Shown here piece after piece: positions 47,805 to 57,632 of a stretch of 64,000 nt of DNA. Where the stretch lies: positions 160,001 to 224,000 of the forward strand of contig CAVRBU010000003.1 in assembly GCA_963719315.1 (NCBI GenBank). Direction: 5' to 3'. The notes below the pieces were generated by a model, which saw only the letters and a list, made by a program, of their open reading frames with translations, was not told the DNA's origin and did no database searches. Position 1 is the stretch's first letter, and every line of letters begins with the position of its first letter. The translations under genes and the position numbers were made by a program. The DNA is from an uncultured Planctomycetota bacterium. GTDB lineage: Bacteria; Planctomycetota; Planctomycetia; Pirellulales; Lacipirellulaceae.

Positions 47805-49708
47805 TTTCTGTTTAGAAGCAGTATTCGCCGCGCCAGGTTCATACCACTCGCCGCGCAGCCACGAGACGAGCGTTGCCAGGTCCTCTGCGCTCAACCGGTT
47901 CGCAGGGTCGCCGGGGTGGGGCGCAAACGCCGGCATGTGATCGTTCTCGTCGCGATAGAATCGCTCGTCGGCCGGATTGCTGAGAAACGCCGTGAGCCAC
48001 TCGCGCGAAGCGTAGCCGCTTAAATCGGGCGCCGAGCCGAGATCGCCCTCCGTGCGGAACTTGTGGCAATCGATGCAGGCGAACACGTCCACGACGGCCT
48101 TGCGCCCGGCATCAACTCGCTTGTCCAAATCGGCAACCGGCGGAATTGAATGCCCGCCTTCGACGGCCAACGCCAAGGCCACATCATCCATCGCCTGCCG
48201 ATACTTCGCCAGCTCGCCTCCTTTCAGTTCCTTGAGTTGATCGCCAATCGTTTCCTTGACGAATTTCACCATCTCGCCATCCTTGAACGCCGTGTTGCCG
48301 AAATAGTTCGTACCGGCAACGAGCTCGGGATCAAGAATCCCGCGGACCCAATCGATGCTGCCAAAGTTCCAAAGATTCGACGCGCTCGATTTCTCGGCGA
48401 CGATGATTTGCGCCGCGTCATTCGTTTCAGTCGAGTCCCGCGGCGCATGATTGTGGCACGCTGCGCAATGCTCGCGGAACAGCTTGGGCCCCTGCGTCTT
48501 CGGATCGCTGTGTAACAGCGCGAACGCCCCCGTCGGCGGAATACCGCTCGGCGAGCTCGCTAGCTCTACCGCCCGCTCAGCCTGCGCTTCCGCATCCGCA
48601 ACGGCCGCCAGGTAATGCTTCGACTCCGGCGTTGCCCCGCTGTGGTCATCGTGCCAAGCCAGCGCCGTCAGCACTCCGGCGCCGGCCAGCAGCGCGAACG
48701 TCCAAACTACATTAAACCGGTGCCCCAACCGCCAATGCCCGATGAACGGCATCAAAAACAGCGACAACATCACAAGTCCGGGCACAACGATCGCGCCCAC
48801 GATCGGTGGAAATCCCTCCAAATACTTGAGCGATTGGAACAGGAACAAAAAGTACGTCTCAGGCCGTGCCGCTGCATAACTCTCCGCGGGATTGGCCGTG
48901 CGCCAAGCTCGGCGCCGAGTTGCTCCGCAATCGGCATGCGCGGATCGGCCGTTGGATAGTTTCGCAGAACCAATACGAGCACCACAATCGACACACCGAG
49001 GCATGCCACCGCATCCCGCAGCACTTGCTCGGGCCAAAACGTGGTGTCTGGCGCGCGGTTCGGATCGCGGACCGTCAGCCCGTGCCGGCGGAACAATAGC
49101 ACGTGCATCGTCAGAAAGATCGTCAGCAGCGCCGGCAGCACGCCCGCGTGCAAAGCGAAGAACCGAGTTAGCGTATGATGCCCATAGTCGCTGCCGCCGA
49201 CTATCAGTTGTTGCAATGGTTTGCCGACCACGGGCACCAACCCCGTCATATTCGTCGCAACTTTCGTGGCCCAATATCCCTTCTGGTCCCATGGCAAAAG
49301 GTAGCCGGTGAGGGCGAGCCCCAGCACGATCTGCATCAAGATGAGACCGAGCCAGAAATTGATCTCGCGCGGTGCGCGGTACGCCCCGTCGATCACCACT
49401 TGCACGAAGTGCACGGCCATCAGCACGACCATCATCTGGGCCGTAAAGTGATGCACACCGCGCAGCAGCCAGCCGGCCGTCATTTGATTCTGAATGTAAT
49501 AGACGCTCTCCCACGCCGTTTGGGCGCTGGCACTATAAGCGGCCCACAGAATGAGCCCCGTCACCACCTGCACGAAAAAGCAAAAGCTGAGCGTGCTGCC
49601 CCACACATATCGCCACCGTGCGCCGCCCGGAATATGCTCGTACAGCGCGGCATGCGTGAATGCCCGAATGCCGGTGCGGTGATCGAGCCAATCGAGAAAG
49701 CGATTCAT
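47802..49708 (-). CDS. Cytochrome b of a Rieske/cytb complex fused to a di-heme cytochrome c (frameshift near 48898)
   Basis: GWLLRGVHHF, TGYLLPWDQKGYWA, TLTRFFALH; adding one C restores ELGAPANP..ARPETYFLF; heme c motifs CAACH and CIDCH. Confidence 0.92.
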
Positions 49709-50319
49709 TCAACCGGCTTCCTTTCCGGAATTCCCTTCAGAAAGTTCTCGAAGGCAACGAGAATCTCGGCTTGTTCGCCCGTGTCCTCAATTCTGACTTC
49801 CAGCGGATCCATGCCGCGCCGGCTAGGCCCATACAACTGCTTCCCATCCTTGTTGAAAGCGCTTTTGTGACAGGGACATTCGAAGTTCCCATCAGCCGGG
49901 TTGAAATCGACGAAGCAGCCCAAATGCGGGCAGGCCGCATTGAATGCGATGACATTTGGTTGGCCGGTCGCTTTGGCCCGCTTCAAAAAAATCATGCCGA
50001 TCCGCTGATTGGCGGCTTGCGTCCAGCCATCGACAACGTCAGAAATCACCGGAAACGCCCGCGGCACGCCGTCATCCTGCAGGGCATCCAGCGAGCAAAT
50101 CCGCACGAATTTCACGCCGTTCGCGTCAACGGGCCCCGATGTCCCGCCGGTCGAAGCCGCCCGTCGGCCGCGCCGCCAAGGATCGATGACGACACCCAGC
50201 CCGGCCGCAAACGGAAACAACGCCACCAAGCCACCACACACGACCGCGGCAAACTGGACAAGAAACGAACGTCGTGCCGCATCGTCGCCGGAAGCTTTGG
50301 AAGAACCGCTTTCGTTCAT
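49705..50319 (-). CDS. Rieske [2Fe-2S] subunit
   Basis: Tat RRSFL plus TM helix; CPHLGC and CPCHKSAF; overlaps the cytochrome b start. Confidence 0.95.
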   Translation of the reverse strand: MNESGSSKASGDDAARRSFLVQFAAVVCGGLVALFPFAAGLGVVIDPWRRGRRAASTGGTSGPVDANGVKFVRICSLDALQDDGVPRAFPVISDVVDGWTQAANQRIGMIFLKRAKATGQPNVIAFNAACPHLGCFVDFNPADGNFECPCHKSAFNKDGKQLYGPSRRGMDPLEVRIEDTGEQAEILVAFENFLKGIPERKPVE

Positions 50320-50334
50320 GCCACTATGGTAAGA

Positions 50335-50405
50335 AGTCAAGAGTCGAGAGTCGAGAGCCAGAAGCTCGCTGCTGGCTCTCGACTCTCGACTCTCCGCTCT
50401 TGACT
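50335..50405. repeat. Heptamer hairpin (AGTCRAG)3 AGCCAG-loop-CTGGCT (CTYGACT)n
   Basis: Complementary arms in the nrnA-Rieske spacer, overlapping the nrnA stop. Confidence 0.88.
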
Positions 50406-51384
50406 ACTCCATCGCCGCGCTCACTGCCGCAATCACCGCCGGCTCCGCCTTGCTGAGCGGCCCGCGGTAGCGCACGCCCGCCGCCGCTTTGTGACCGCCG
50501 CCGCCGAACTGCCCGGCGATCGCGTTTACATCCAACTTCGCGCGACTTCGCAGACTCACTTTCGTTTCTTCCGGCGACATTTCCATAAACAACACTGCCG
50601 CCTCCGCGCCCTGTACGCCCAGTAGGCGGTTGATCACATCTTCGGTGTCGGTCGATTCAGCTCCAACCGCGTCGAGATCGGCTTGCGTGATGGCGGTCGT
50701 CAGCAATCGGCCGCCCAAATGCGATTTCACGTTCGTCAGAATTCGCCCCTGTAACCAAATTCGCGCCAACGTGTTCTGTTCGTACAGTTTCGCGAAGACA
50801 GCATTCGGCTCTACGCCAGCCGCGACCAATCGCGCCGCTGCCTGGAACGTTTCCTCCCCCACGGATGCGAACCGAAACCAACCCGTGTCGGTGCCAATCG
50901 CCGCAAACAGTGGTATCGCCATCTCCGCCGTCAACTTCACGCCGAGCGCATCGATCGCTTGCAGCACGAGCCGACCTGTCGATTCGGCCGTCGTATCCTT
51001 GAACACCACGGCTCCCAAATCGTCTTGACTCACATGATGATCGATGACGATCTTCCGCGCGTTCGAGTTGCGAACGACATCGGCCATCGGTCCCAACTGC
51101 GCCCACGCACTCGTATCCACCACGATATGCACATCGCACGCCAGCTCGTTCGCGGCGAAATCGCTTCCGAGCACTTGCACATCGTCATCTGGGTCGATAA
51201 ACGCGATGTGCGGCGGCACGCTGTCGCCATTGACGATTCGCACCGTCTTGCCCAACGATCGCAGCGCGAGGGCCAGCCCCAGTTCGCTGCCGATCGCGTC
51301 ACAATCCGGCCGCATGTGGCTCGTGAGCGCGAACGAACGCGCCTCGCTCACGAGTTTCGTAAATGGTCGCCAATCAATCGTCAT
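50404..51384 (-). CDS. nrnA: DHH/DHHA1 phosphoesterase (NrnA-like oligoribonuclease/pAp phosphatase)
   Basis: SHMRPDCDAIGS, IDHH, TDTGWFR, SLRS, GGGGHKAAAG. Confidence 0.9.
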   Translation of the reverse strand: MTIDWRPFTKLVSEARSFALTSHMRPDCDAIGSELGLALALRSLGKTVRIVNGDSVPPHIAFIDPDDDVQVLGSDFAANELACDVHIVVDTSAWAQLGPMADVVRNSNARKIVIDHHVSQDDLGAVVFKDTTAESTGRLVLQAIDALGVKLTAEMAIPLFAAIGTDTGWFRFASVGEETFQAAARLVAAGVEPNAVFAKLYEQNTLARIWLQGRILTNVKSHLGGRLLTTAITQADLDAVGAESTDTEDVINRLLGVQGAEAAVLFMEMSPEETKVSLRSRAKLDVNAIAGQFGGGGHKAAAGVRYRGPLSKAEPAVIAAVSAAME

Positions 51385-52303
51385 CGATGTGCTATCTGTT
51401 TCACCTGCTCGATATCCCGCTGCAACTGGTCCACCAGCGCCGCGGCCGAATCAAACGGCCGAATGTCCCGCAATCTCTCCAGGAAGTCAACCTCCAGCGG
51501 CTGACCGTACAGCGGTTCATTGTATTCGATCAAGTGAACCTCGACGCGAATCATCGCATCGCCGAACGTGGGGCTCGGTCCTAAATTAATTGCCGCCGCA
51601 TATTGCGAAGCGCCCACCATCGCCCTACCGGCGTATACTCCCTGGGCCGGTAGCAAAGTATCGACGCCGCTGAGGTTCGCGGTCGGAAAACCAATTTTAG
51701 CGCCGCGCCCTGCGCCGTGTGTGACCAGGCCGCGAATCCGATACGGCGCCGACAGCAGAGCGTTTGCTTGCTCCACGTTTCCTGCCCGAATCAAGTCGCG
51801 CACCCGCGAACTCGAAACGATCGCTCCGTCGATCTCGACCGGTTCGACGACATCGAGCGACATGCCGGCGCCCGCGCCAGCTCACCCAATCGCGCGATCG
51901 TTCCTTCGCGATCGTGGCCGAAATAAAAATTCGGTCCCTCGACGAGCGCCTTGGCCGCCAAGCTGCCGCGCACAATGTGCTCAAAAAATGCCGTGGCCGA
52001 AAGCTCAAGCAGCGACTCGTCGGTCGGATAGGCGACAATCCAGTCGACGCCCTGCGCCGCCAGCAATTCGGCCTTGCGCTCCGTCCAAGTGAGCGGCGGC
52101 GGGCACTGCTCCGGCCGCAGCAGCCGCACGGGATGCGGATCGAATGTGAATACAATCGCCGGCCCGCCCACCGCCGCGGCGCGTTCCAGCAGCCGCCGCA
52201 CAATCGCCACGTGCCCCCGATGCACTCCATCGAAATTCCCGATCGAAACAGCGCCCCCGCCGGCTACTACCGGAAACGCATCAAGTGACCGAATGATGTG
52301 CAT
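51381..52303 (-). CDS. ribF: Bifunctional riboflavin kinase/FAD synthetase (frameshift near 51871)
   Basis: IGNFDGVHRGH, TFDPHP, GPNFYFG in one frame; VSSSRVR, GFPTANL, GVYAG, EVH in the next. Confidence 0.93.
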
Positions 52304-52333
52304 GATCTTCAACGCGACCCGACCGCTTGCGGC

Positions 52334-53209
52334 TTAGCGCGAACTAGCCTGAAACGCCTGCGGCAAGTAATCAATCAAATCAGTCGCAATGAGCGACACC
52401 TGCCCCAACTCCCGCGCCGCCAAATCGCCCGCCAACCCATGCACATGCACGCCCAACCGCGCCGCATCAAACGGCGAGAGTCCTTGGCAGAGCAGGGCGG
52501 TGATGACGCCGGTGAGCACATCCCCGCTACCGCCTGTGGCCATGCCGGGGTTCCCCGTCTGATTGAGGCTGTATCGCTGGCCATCCGTCACGACCGTCTG
52601 ATGTCCTTTGAGGACGACGATCAGGCTGCCATTGGGATTGCGCCGTGCGAATTCCGCGGCTGCCGTAACCCGCTCCGTACCTTCTGGCAATTTGCCCGTC
52701 AGCCGTGCGAACTCGCCGGGGTGCGGCGTCAACACGCGCGGGGATTCGCACGATCTAATTCCATCCGCCCTTACCGCCAGCGCGAATAGCGCATCGGCGT
52801 CAATCACCATTGGCTTGCTGATACCGGAATTCACTAATTCGACAAAATCGACAAGCGGATCCGATCGGCCGAGGCCCGGCCCGAGTGCCATAGCCGTCGC
52901 GCTTTGGTTAAACTCCCGGACGCCTGGAGCTGCCAACTTGGCGATCTGTCCATCCGAGTCATCGAGCCCATGCGTCATGTAGCACGGGCTCAAGTCTGAA
53001 ACCACATTCTGAATCGACTGCGGCACGGCCAGTGTCACCAAACCCGCGCCGCTGCGGAGCGTCGCCAGGCCCGCCAGCGAAATCGCGCCACTCATCCCGC
53101 GTGAACCGCCTATCAAGAGTGCCCGGCCGTAATCGCCTTTGTGGCTGTCCGCACTACGCGGCGCCAACATCGGAAGCGGAGTATGAGTCTGATCTTCAAG
53201 CGATGTCAT
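52334..53209 (-). CDS. nnrD: ADP-dependent NAD(P)H-hydrate dehydratase (stand-alone YjeF_C)
   Basis: SHKGDYG, GAGLV, GPGLG, IDADAL, LTPHPGE, MATGGSGDVLTG. Confidence 0.95.
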   Translation of the reverse strand: MTSLEDQTHTPLPMLAPRSADSHKGDYGRALLIGGSRGMSGAISLAGLATLRSGAGLVTLAVPQSIQNVVSDLSPCYMTHGLDDSDGQIAKLAAPGVREFNQSATAMALGPGLGRSDPLVDFVELVNSGISKPMVIDADALFALAVRADGIRSCESPRVLTPHPGEFARLTGKLPEGTERVTAAAEFARRNPNGSLIVVLKGHQTVVTDGQRYSLNQTGNPGMATGGSGDVLTGVITALLCQGLSPFDAARLGVHVHGLAGDLAARELGQVSLIATDLIDYLPQAFQASSR

Positions 53210-53237
53210 TTTTCGTTCACGAATAACAATCCCAAAA

Positions 53238-53264
53238 TAGCCGCGATGCGTAGCATCGCGGCTA
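53238..53264. repeat. Perfect palindrome supplying the larB stop codon
   Basis: TAGCCGCGATGC-GTA-GCATCGCGGCTA. Confidence 0.75.
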
Positions 53265-53984
53265 ATCCTTGTCGCTGTGTTTCGATTGGCGCGTTGCAAT
53301 CAACCCCGCTAAAAATCCCGCCTTGAACCCCGCGTCGATATTCACCACGGCTACGTTGTTCGCGCAGCTATTGAGCATCGACAACAGCGCCGACACGCCG
53401 CCGAAATTTGCACCGTACCCGACGCTGGTCGGCACCGCGATGATCGGGCACGCGACGTATCCGCCCACCACGCTCGGCAGCGCCCCCTCCATTCCAGCGA
53501 CGACCACGATCGCATCCGCATCGCGAAAATCGGCTAATCGCTCCGGCAACCGATGCGGCCCGGCCACGCCCACATCGTGAATCATCGTAACGCTCACGCC
53601 CATCCAATCGAGCGTCTCGCGCGCCTCCTCCGCCACCGACAAGTCCCCGGTCCCCGCCGAAATCACCGCTACCTTCCCACCCTCTCCCTTCGGGAGAGGG
53701 CAGGGTGAGGGTGCCTTGATTTTCGCAGAAGAAAGGTCCACCCGAAACGTCCGCGCGACCCCGTTGTATCGCCCGCTCGGGAACGCCACCAACAAACCGG
53801 CGGCCTGCTCGGCATCAATCCGCGTCGCCAATACCCGCTCTCCATGCTCAAGGAGCGTCGCCACGATCTCGCGCAATTGCTCACTCGATTTACCGGGCCC
53901 AAACACAACTTCCGGGAAGCCGCAACGCCGGCGCCGGTCGAGATCGATCGTCGCAGCCAGGCCCGTTAGCTCTTGCGAGTCCAT
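53262..53984 (-). CDS. larB: Nickel-pincer cofactor biosynthesis protein LarB
   Basis: DRRRRCGFPEVVFGPGK, SAGTGD..VAEEA, DVGVAG, VAGMEGALPSVV, PTSVGYG, VVNID. Confidence 0.93.
   Translation of the reverse strand: MDSQELTGLAATIDLDRRRRCGFPEVVFGPGKSSEQLREIVATLLEHGERVLATRIDAEQAAGLLVAFPSGRYNGVARTFRVDLSSAKIKAPSPCPLPKGEGGKVAVISAGTGDLSVAEEARETLDWMGVSVTMIHDVGVAGPHRLPERLADFRDADAIVVVAGMEGALPSVVGGYVACPIIAVPTSVGYGANFGGVSALLSMLNSCANNVAVVNIDAGFKAGFLAGLIATRQSKHSDKD
53680..53711 (-). repeat. Palindromic CCCTCACCC..CCTCTCCC..GGGAGAGGG element inside larB
   Basis: Encodes PSPCPLPKGEG; same family as 43018. Confidence 0.8.
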
Positions 53985-55735
53985 GCTCTCAGTGTAGTCG
54001 CGCGGCGACCGCACAGACAGGCTCCGACCAGCAGCAACACCGGCCAAGACGGCTCCGGGACTGAAGCGGCGAAGGCCGCGCCCGAACCACTGGCCGATTC
54101 GCCGAAATGCGTTCGCCAAATCGAGAAATCGGTGGCGTCAATCATGCCGTCGCGATTGCCGTCGGCGCCCGTGCCCTCGGCCACGCTCTGGCCATCCGTT
54201 TCGCGCCACAACACGTAATCGGCCGCGTCCACCGCGCCGTTGCCGTTGTAATCGCCGGGCAGCACCACCAGGAAGCTCACGGGGATCGTAATGATGCCGT
54301 TTTGTACCGCGGCCGTCGTTTGCACGCCCTGGCTGGTGCTTGTGACCGTGATCGTGCCGGTGTGCATGCCGATGCTGGACGTATCCAATCCGACCAGGTG
54401 CATGTTGCCGCCGCCGAGCGCCTGATCCATTTGATTGAGATACGAGCCCGTGAGCCAGCCGCTCGTCGTCAGCGAATAATCGAGTTCATCGGCGCCAATC
54501 GTCGCGACCACATTCGCCGCATTGCTGACCGTCACGCCCAAGCTAAACGCTTGCCCCAAGTCGAGGCTCGCGGGAATGGATCCGGCAATCGCACTCATCA
54601 CGGCCGGCAATTGATAATCCGCCACGACTGGGATGTGATCCGTCACCGAATGCAGCGCGTTGAGGATTTGACTCTTCGTGTACGATGTGACGCCGGGAAA
54701 CGTAACTGTATTGCTCCCGCTGTTGATATCGCCATTGAACGTGGACCCGTTGTTGCCGAAGGCGTGATACGAATGCGTGAGCCCAGACATCTCCGGCACG
54801 CCGGGCACCGGGCCGATGTAGGCCAGTCCTTCGCCGTCCAAGAATTCGCCGGTCGTGAGTTGGAAATCGAACCGGTCGTCCATGCCGCCGCCGGCGCCGC
54901 AGCCGGTAGAGGAGCTCACGCACGGCGACTGCGTGTGCACGTCCGCAAAGCTGCTGGCGTTGTGCCAATTGCCTACGCGATTGAGCGGATCATTCGCCTG
55001 GCCGGCGCCCGCCGCTGTCAGCGTGCCCCACGCCGGCTCGCGCGAGTCGGAGTAGTAGAAGTTATGGTCGCCGGCGAAAATCGCGTGCGTGCCCTCCGGC
55101 AGCGCATTCGAGTTGATGCGAATAGCCGTTGCTTCGGCATTCCGTTGCGTTGCGTTGGTTCCCGGCGGATTCGTGTCCAGGCTCGCCTTGTAGTGGCTGT
55201 TATAGATATAGAAATCGGAGCCTGGGCTGTCGTAGCCCACTGGTCGCACGTGGGTCCGCACCGTTTGCCGCGGTGAGGTACTCAGTACCGTTTGATCCGC
55301 GCTCTGAATCGTTTGAATCGTCTGCGTGCGATAGACGATCGTTTGCGTCGAGTCGCCCGAACCGGTGCGGTTGCCCATCGCGTAGGTGATGCCCGAATCG
55401 TTGTAAATGTTATTGAGCAGCGCGACAAACAATTGCGTATCGGGCGATGGCTTGTTGGCGCCGGGCACGCCCCCCGGAATACTCTGCTCCTGCAGCAGCA
55501 AGATATCGATCGGCTTGGCGATGCCGTTGCGGGTTTCCTCTCCGATCGACTTCAGGACGATTTCCATCCCGGCATCCGGCGGCCCGGTCGTGTTGTACGT
55601 GACGACCCGTAACTGAGCGTTCGCCGAAAGCGTCGCCGCCAGCCAAATCAGAACGCCGAGTTTCCCGGCCGCGAACCATCCGCGCCAGTTCTGGAAGCCC
55701 AACCGGCGCTGCCTACGACTGTCCCGTTCCACCAT
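53966..55735 (-). CDS. Exported endonuclease/exonuclease/phosphatase (EEP) protein with dockerin-like and PEP-CTERM tail
   Basis: LRVVTYN, LLQE, NSHYKA, GDHN, DRFDF, TDHIPV; GDYNGNGAVDAADYVLWR; VPEP plus TM plus RR. Confidence 0.88.
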   Translation of the reverse strand: MVERDSRRQRRLGFQNWRGWFAAGKLGVLIWLAATLSANAQLRVVTYNTTGPPDAGMEIVLKSIGEETRNGIAKPIDILLLQEQSIPGGVPGANKPSPDTQLFVALLNNIYNDSGITYAMGNRTGSGDSTQTIVYRTQTIQTIQSADQTVLSTSPRQTVRTHVRPVGYDSPGSDFYIYNSHYKASLDTNPPGTNATQRNAEATAIRINSNALPEGTHAIFAGDHNFYYSDSREPAWGTLTAAGAGQANDPLNRVGNWHNASSFADVHTQSPCVSSSTGCGAGGGMDDRFDFQLTTGEFLDGEGLAYIGPVPGVPEMSGLTHSYHAFGNNGSTFNGDINSGSNTVTFPGVTSYTKSQILNALHSVTDHIPVVADYQLPAVMSAIAGSIPASLDLGQAFSLGVTVSNAANVVATIGADELDYSLTTSGWLTGSYLNQMDQALGGGNMHLVGLDTSSIGMHTGTITVTSTSQGVQTTAAVQNGIITIPVSFLVVLPGDYNGNGAVDAADYVLWRETDGQSVAEGTGADGNRDGMIDATDFSIWRTHFGESASGSGAAFAASVPEPSWPVLLLVGACLCGRRATTLRAWTRKS

Positions 55736-56058
55736 CGAAATAATCTCTGACGCATGCCTCTCTGTAGCACTTCATCGTATCACAACCGTTTGCAAGGGGC
55801 CCGATTTTGGTGCAGCGACACAGGGCCGATCAAATGTTCAAGCTGCGGTACTTGTGGGTGGGTCGAGTTGCGAGACCCACCATGGATCTCGGAACCGACC
55901 CCCCACATGACACTAAATTCTGATGAAATTGCGAAGTTTTCGCGAAAAATCGCTATCCAAGCGGCACAATCATTGACCCCAGCGCCAGAACGAGTACCAT
56001 CAAGAAAGCTATTCAAATGGGCAAGCTACAGGCGAATTTCAAATCAACGGGAACAAAG

Positions 56059-57414
56059 ATGATGCTGAAAATATGGACGCGCGGGCTGCTATTCGGGATT
56101 CTGCTTCTGGCGGCTCAGAATGCCGCCGCCATCGACACTTTGTACGTGCTGCAAATCGGCGACGGCTCCGCCTCACTTAGTACGTCCGCAGCGGCGGTCA
56201 TTATCCAGAAATTCGATGCCTCCAACGGTAGCTCGACAGGCTCGATTGCTTTGCCAACGGCCGTCTCAGGGGCAAATCAGCCATTAACTGTGAGGGGGTC
56301 CTCAACGTCCGAAGGCCATTTGGCTCTTTCTACCGATGGCAACTACTTGACGCTTGGTGGCTATGCCGCAGTACCCGGTACCGTAGAAGTCGCTCGGACG
56401 GATGCTGCGACTACCGGCCGCGTTCTCGGTCGGATACCCGTCAGCACTGGCATCCCGGACACAAGCACCGTCTTGAGCGATGCTTATGACGGTTTAGCAG
56501 GCGGCGACGGTAGTATCCGTAGCGTGGTCTCCACAGACGGCAGCGAGTTCTGGACGGCCGGAACTCGAGGTTTCGGCGCTCCCAGCGGAAGTGACGGCGT
56601 CCGTTACGCAACATACGGAAGCACGACCTCGACGTCCGTCGAGAACTTTCCTGACGGCCAATCGAACACTCGTATTGTCAATATCACCGGCGGCCAACTG
56701 TACATGGGTACCGGATCGGCTTCCGCCGGAACTTCTTCAGCAGTTGTCGGGATCAACACGATTGGCACCGGCCTGCCGACAACAAGCGGGCAGTCGGCCG
56801 CGCCGTATGTCGACACGTCGGTCACCGGCTCCGGGACGGCATCGCCATATGCCTTTTGGTTTAAGGACGCCAACACGGTCTATATTGCGGATGATCGCGC
56901 AGTAGCCAGCGGCGGCGGCATTCAGAAATGGATATTTGATAGCGGTAGCAGTACTTGGTCACTGGATTACATTCTCAGCTCCGGAGCATCGGGGGCACGC
57001 GGCTTGATCGGCACCGTCGTCGGTGCCGACACGGTGCTTTACGCGACGAACGCTGAATCCGCCAGTAAGCTCATCACGATCACGGACACCGGCATGGGCT
57101 CAATACCCACGACGCTGGCGACTGCTCCCGCAAACACTGCCTTCCGCGGTGTGGCGTTTGTTCCTGGGGCCGCCGGACTCGCGGGTGACTACAACGATGA
57201 TGGCCACGTGAACGCGGCCGATTATGTGACGTGGCGCAAGGATCCGGCTAGCTTCGGCGGGGCCGGCGGCTACGATACGTGGCGGCAGAACTTCAACAAT
57301 CCGCCTGGCAGCGGCAGCAACCTCGGCTCCGCCACCGCCGTGCCCGAGCCGGCCAGCGCCGTGCTCCTGCTGTTCGGCAGCGCCGCCTTGCTGTGGCGGC
57401 GCCGTGCGGCCTAG
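56059..57414 (+). CDS. Ser/Thr/Gly-rich PEP-CTERM surface protein with a dockerin-like motif
   Basis: Signal peptide; GDYNDDGHVNAADYVTWR; VPEPASAVLLLFGSAALLWRRR. Confidence 0.88.
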   Translation: MMLKIWTRGLLFGILLLAAQNAAAIDTLYVLQIGDGSASLSTSAAAVIIQKFDASNGSSTGSIALPTAVSGANQPLTVRGSSTSEGHLALSTDGNYLTLGGYAAVPGTVEVARTDAATTGRVLGRIPVSTGIPDTSTVLSDAYDGLAGGDGSIRSVVSTDGSEFWTAGTRGFGAPSGSDGVRYATYGSTTSTSVENFPDGQSNTRIVNITGGQLYMGTGSASAGTSSAVVGINTIGTGLPTTSGQSAAPYVDTSVTGSGTASPYAFWFKDANTVYIADDRAVASGGGIQKWIFDSGSSTWSLDYILSSGASGARGLIGTVVGADTVLYATNAESASKLITITDTGMGSIPTTLATAPANTAFRGVAFVPGAAGLAGDYNDDGHVNAADYVTWRKDPASFGGAGGYDTWRQNFNNPPGSGSNLGSATAVPEPASAVLLLFGSAALLWRRRAA

Positions 57415-57544
57415 TGCTTTGTCACAGCTTGATTTTGGGATTAGCCGCGGGGCGCTAGCCCCCGGTTGGAGCGGCACAAACCGGGGGCTAGCGCCCTGCG
57501 GCTGATGCGCCCAACCCCAATTTTTAGCTGTGACAAAGCACTAG
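57411..57544. mobile_element. 134-bp MITE-like element with CTAG ends and an internal REP-like inverted pair
   Basis: Perfect 19-bp terminal inverted repeats CTAGTGCTTTGTCACAGCT / AGCTGTGACAAAGCACTAG; inner 28-bp arms at 57440-57467 and 57479-57506 with 2 mismatches. Confidence 0.75.
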
Positions 57545-57574
57545 AGTCGCTGGTTCAATCCAATTGAAAACTCG

Positions 57575-57610
57575 AAGCCCAAGACTTCCCCTGAAGCTTG
57601 GGCTTTCTTC
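57575..57610. terminator. Probable terminator hairpin between convergent genes
   Basis: AAGCCCAAG ... CTTGGGCTTTCTT. Confidence 0.45.
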
Positions 57611-57632
57611 CGTCCTATTGGAACGAGGCGCG

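Noticed and set aside
51381..52312. Naturally split ribF or programmed frameshift
   Set aside because: No slippery heptamer seen; one missing base restores a normal bifunctional enzyme and similar indels are scattered through the window
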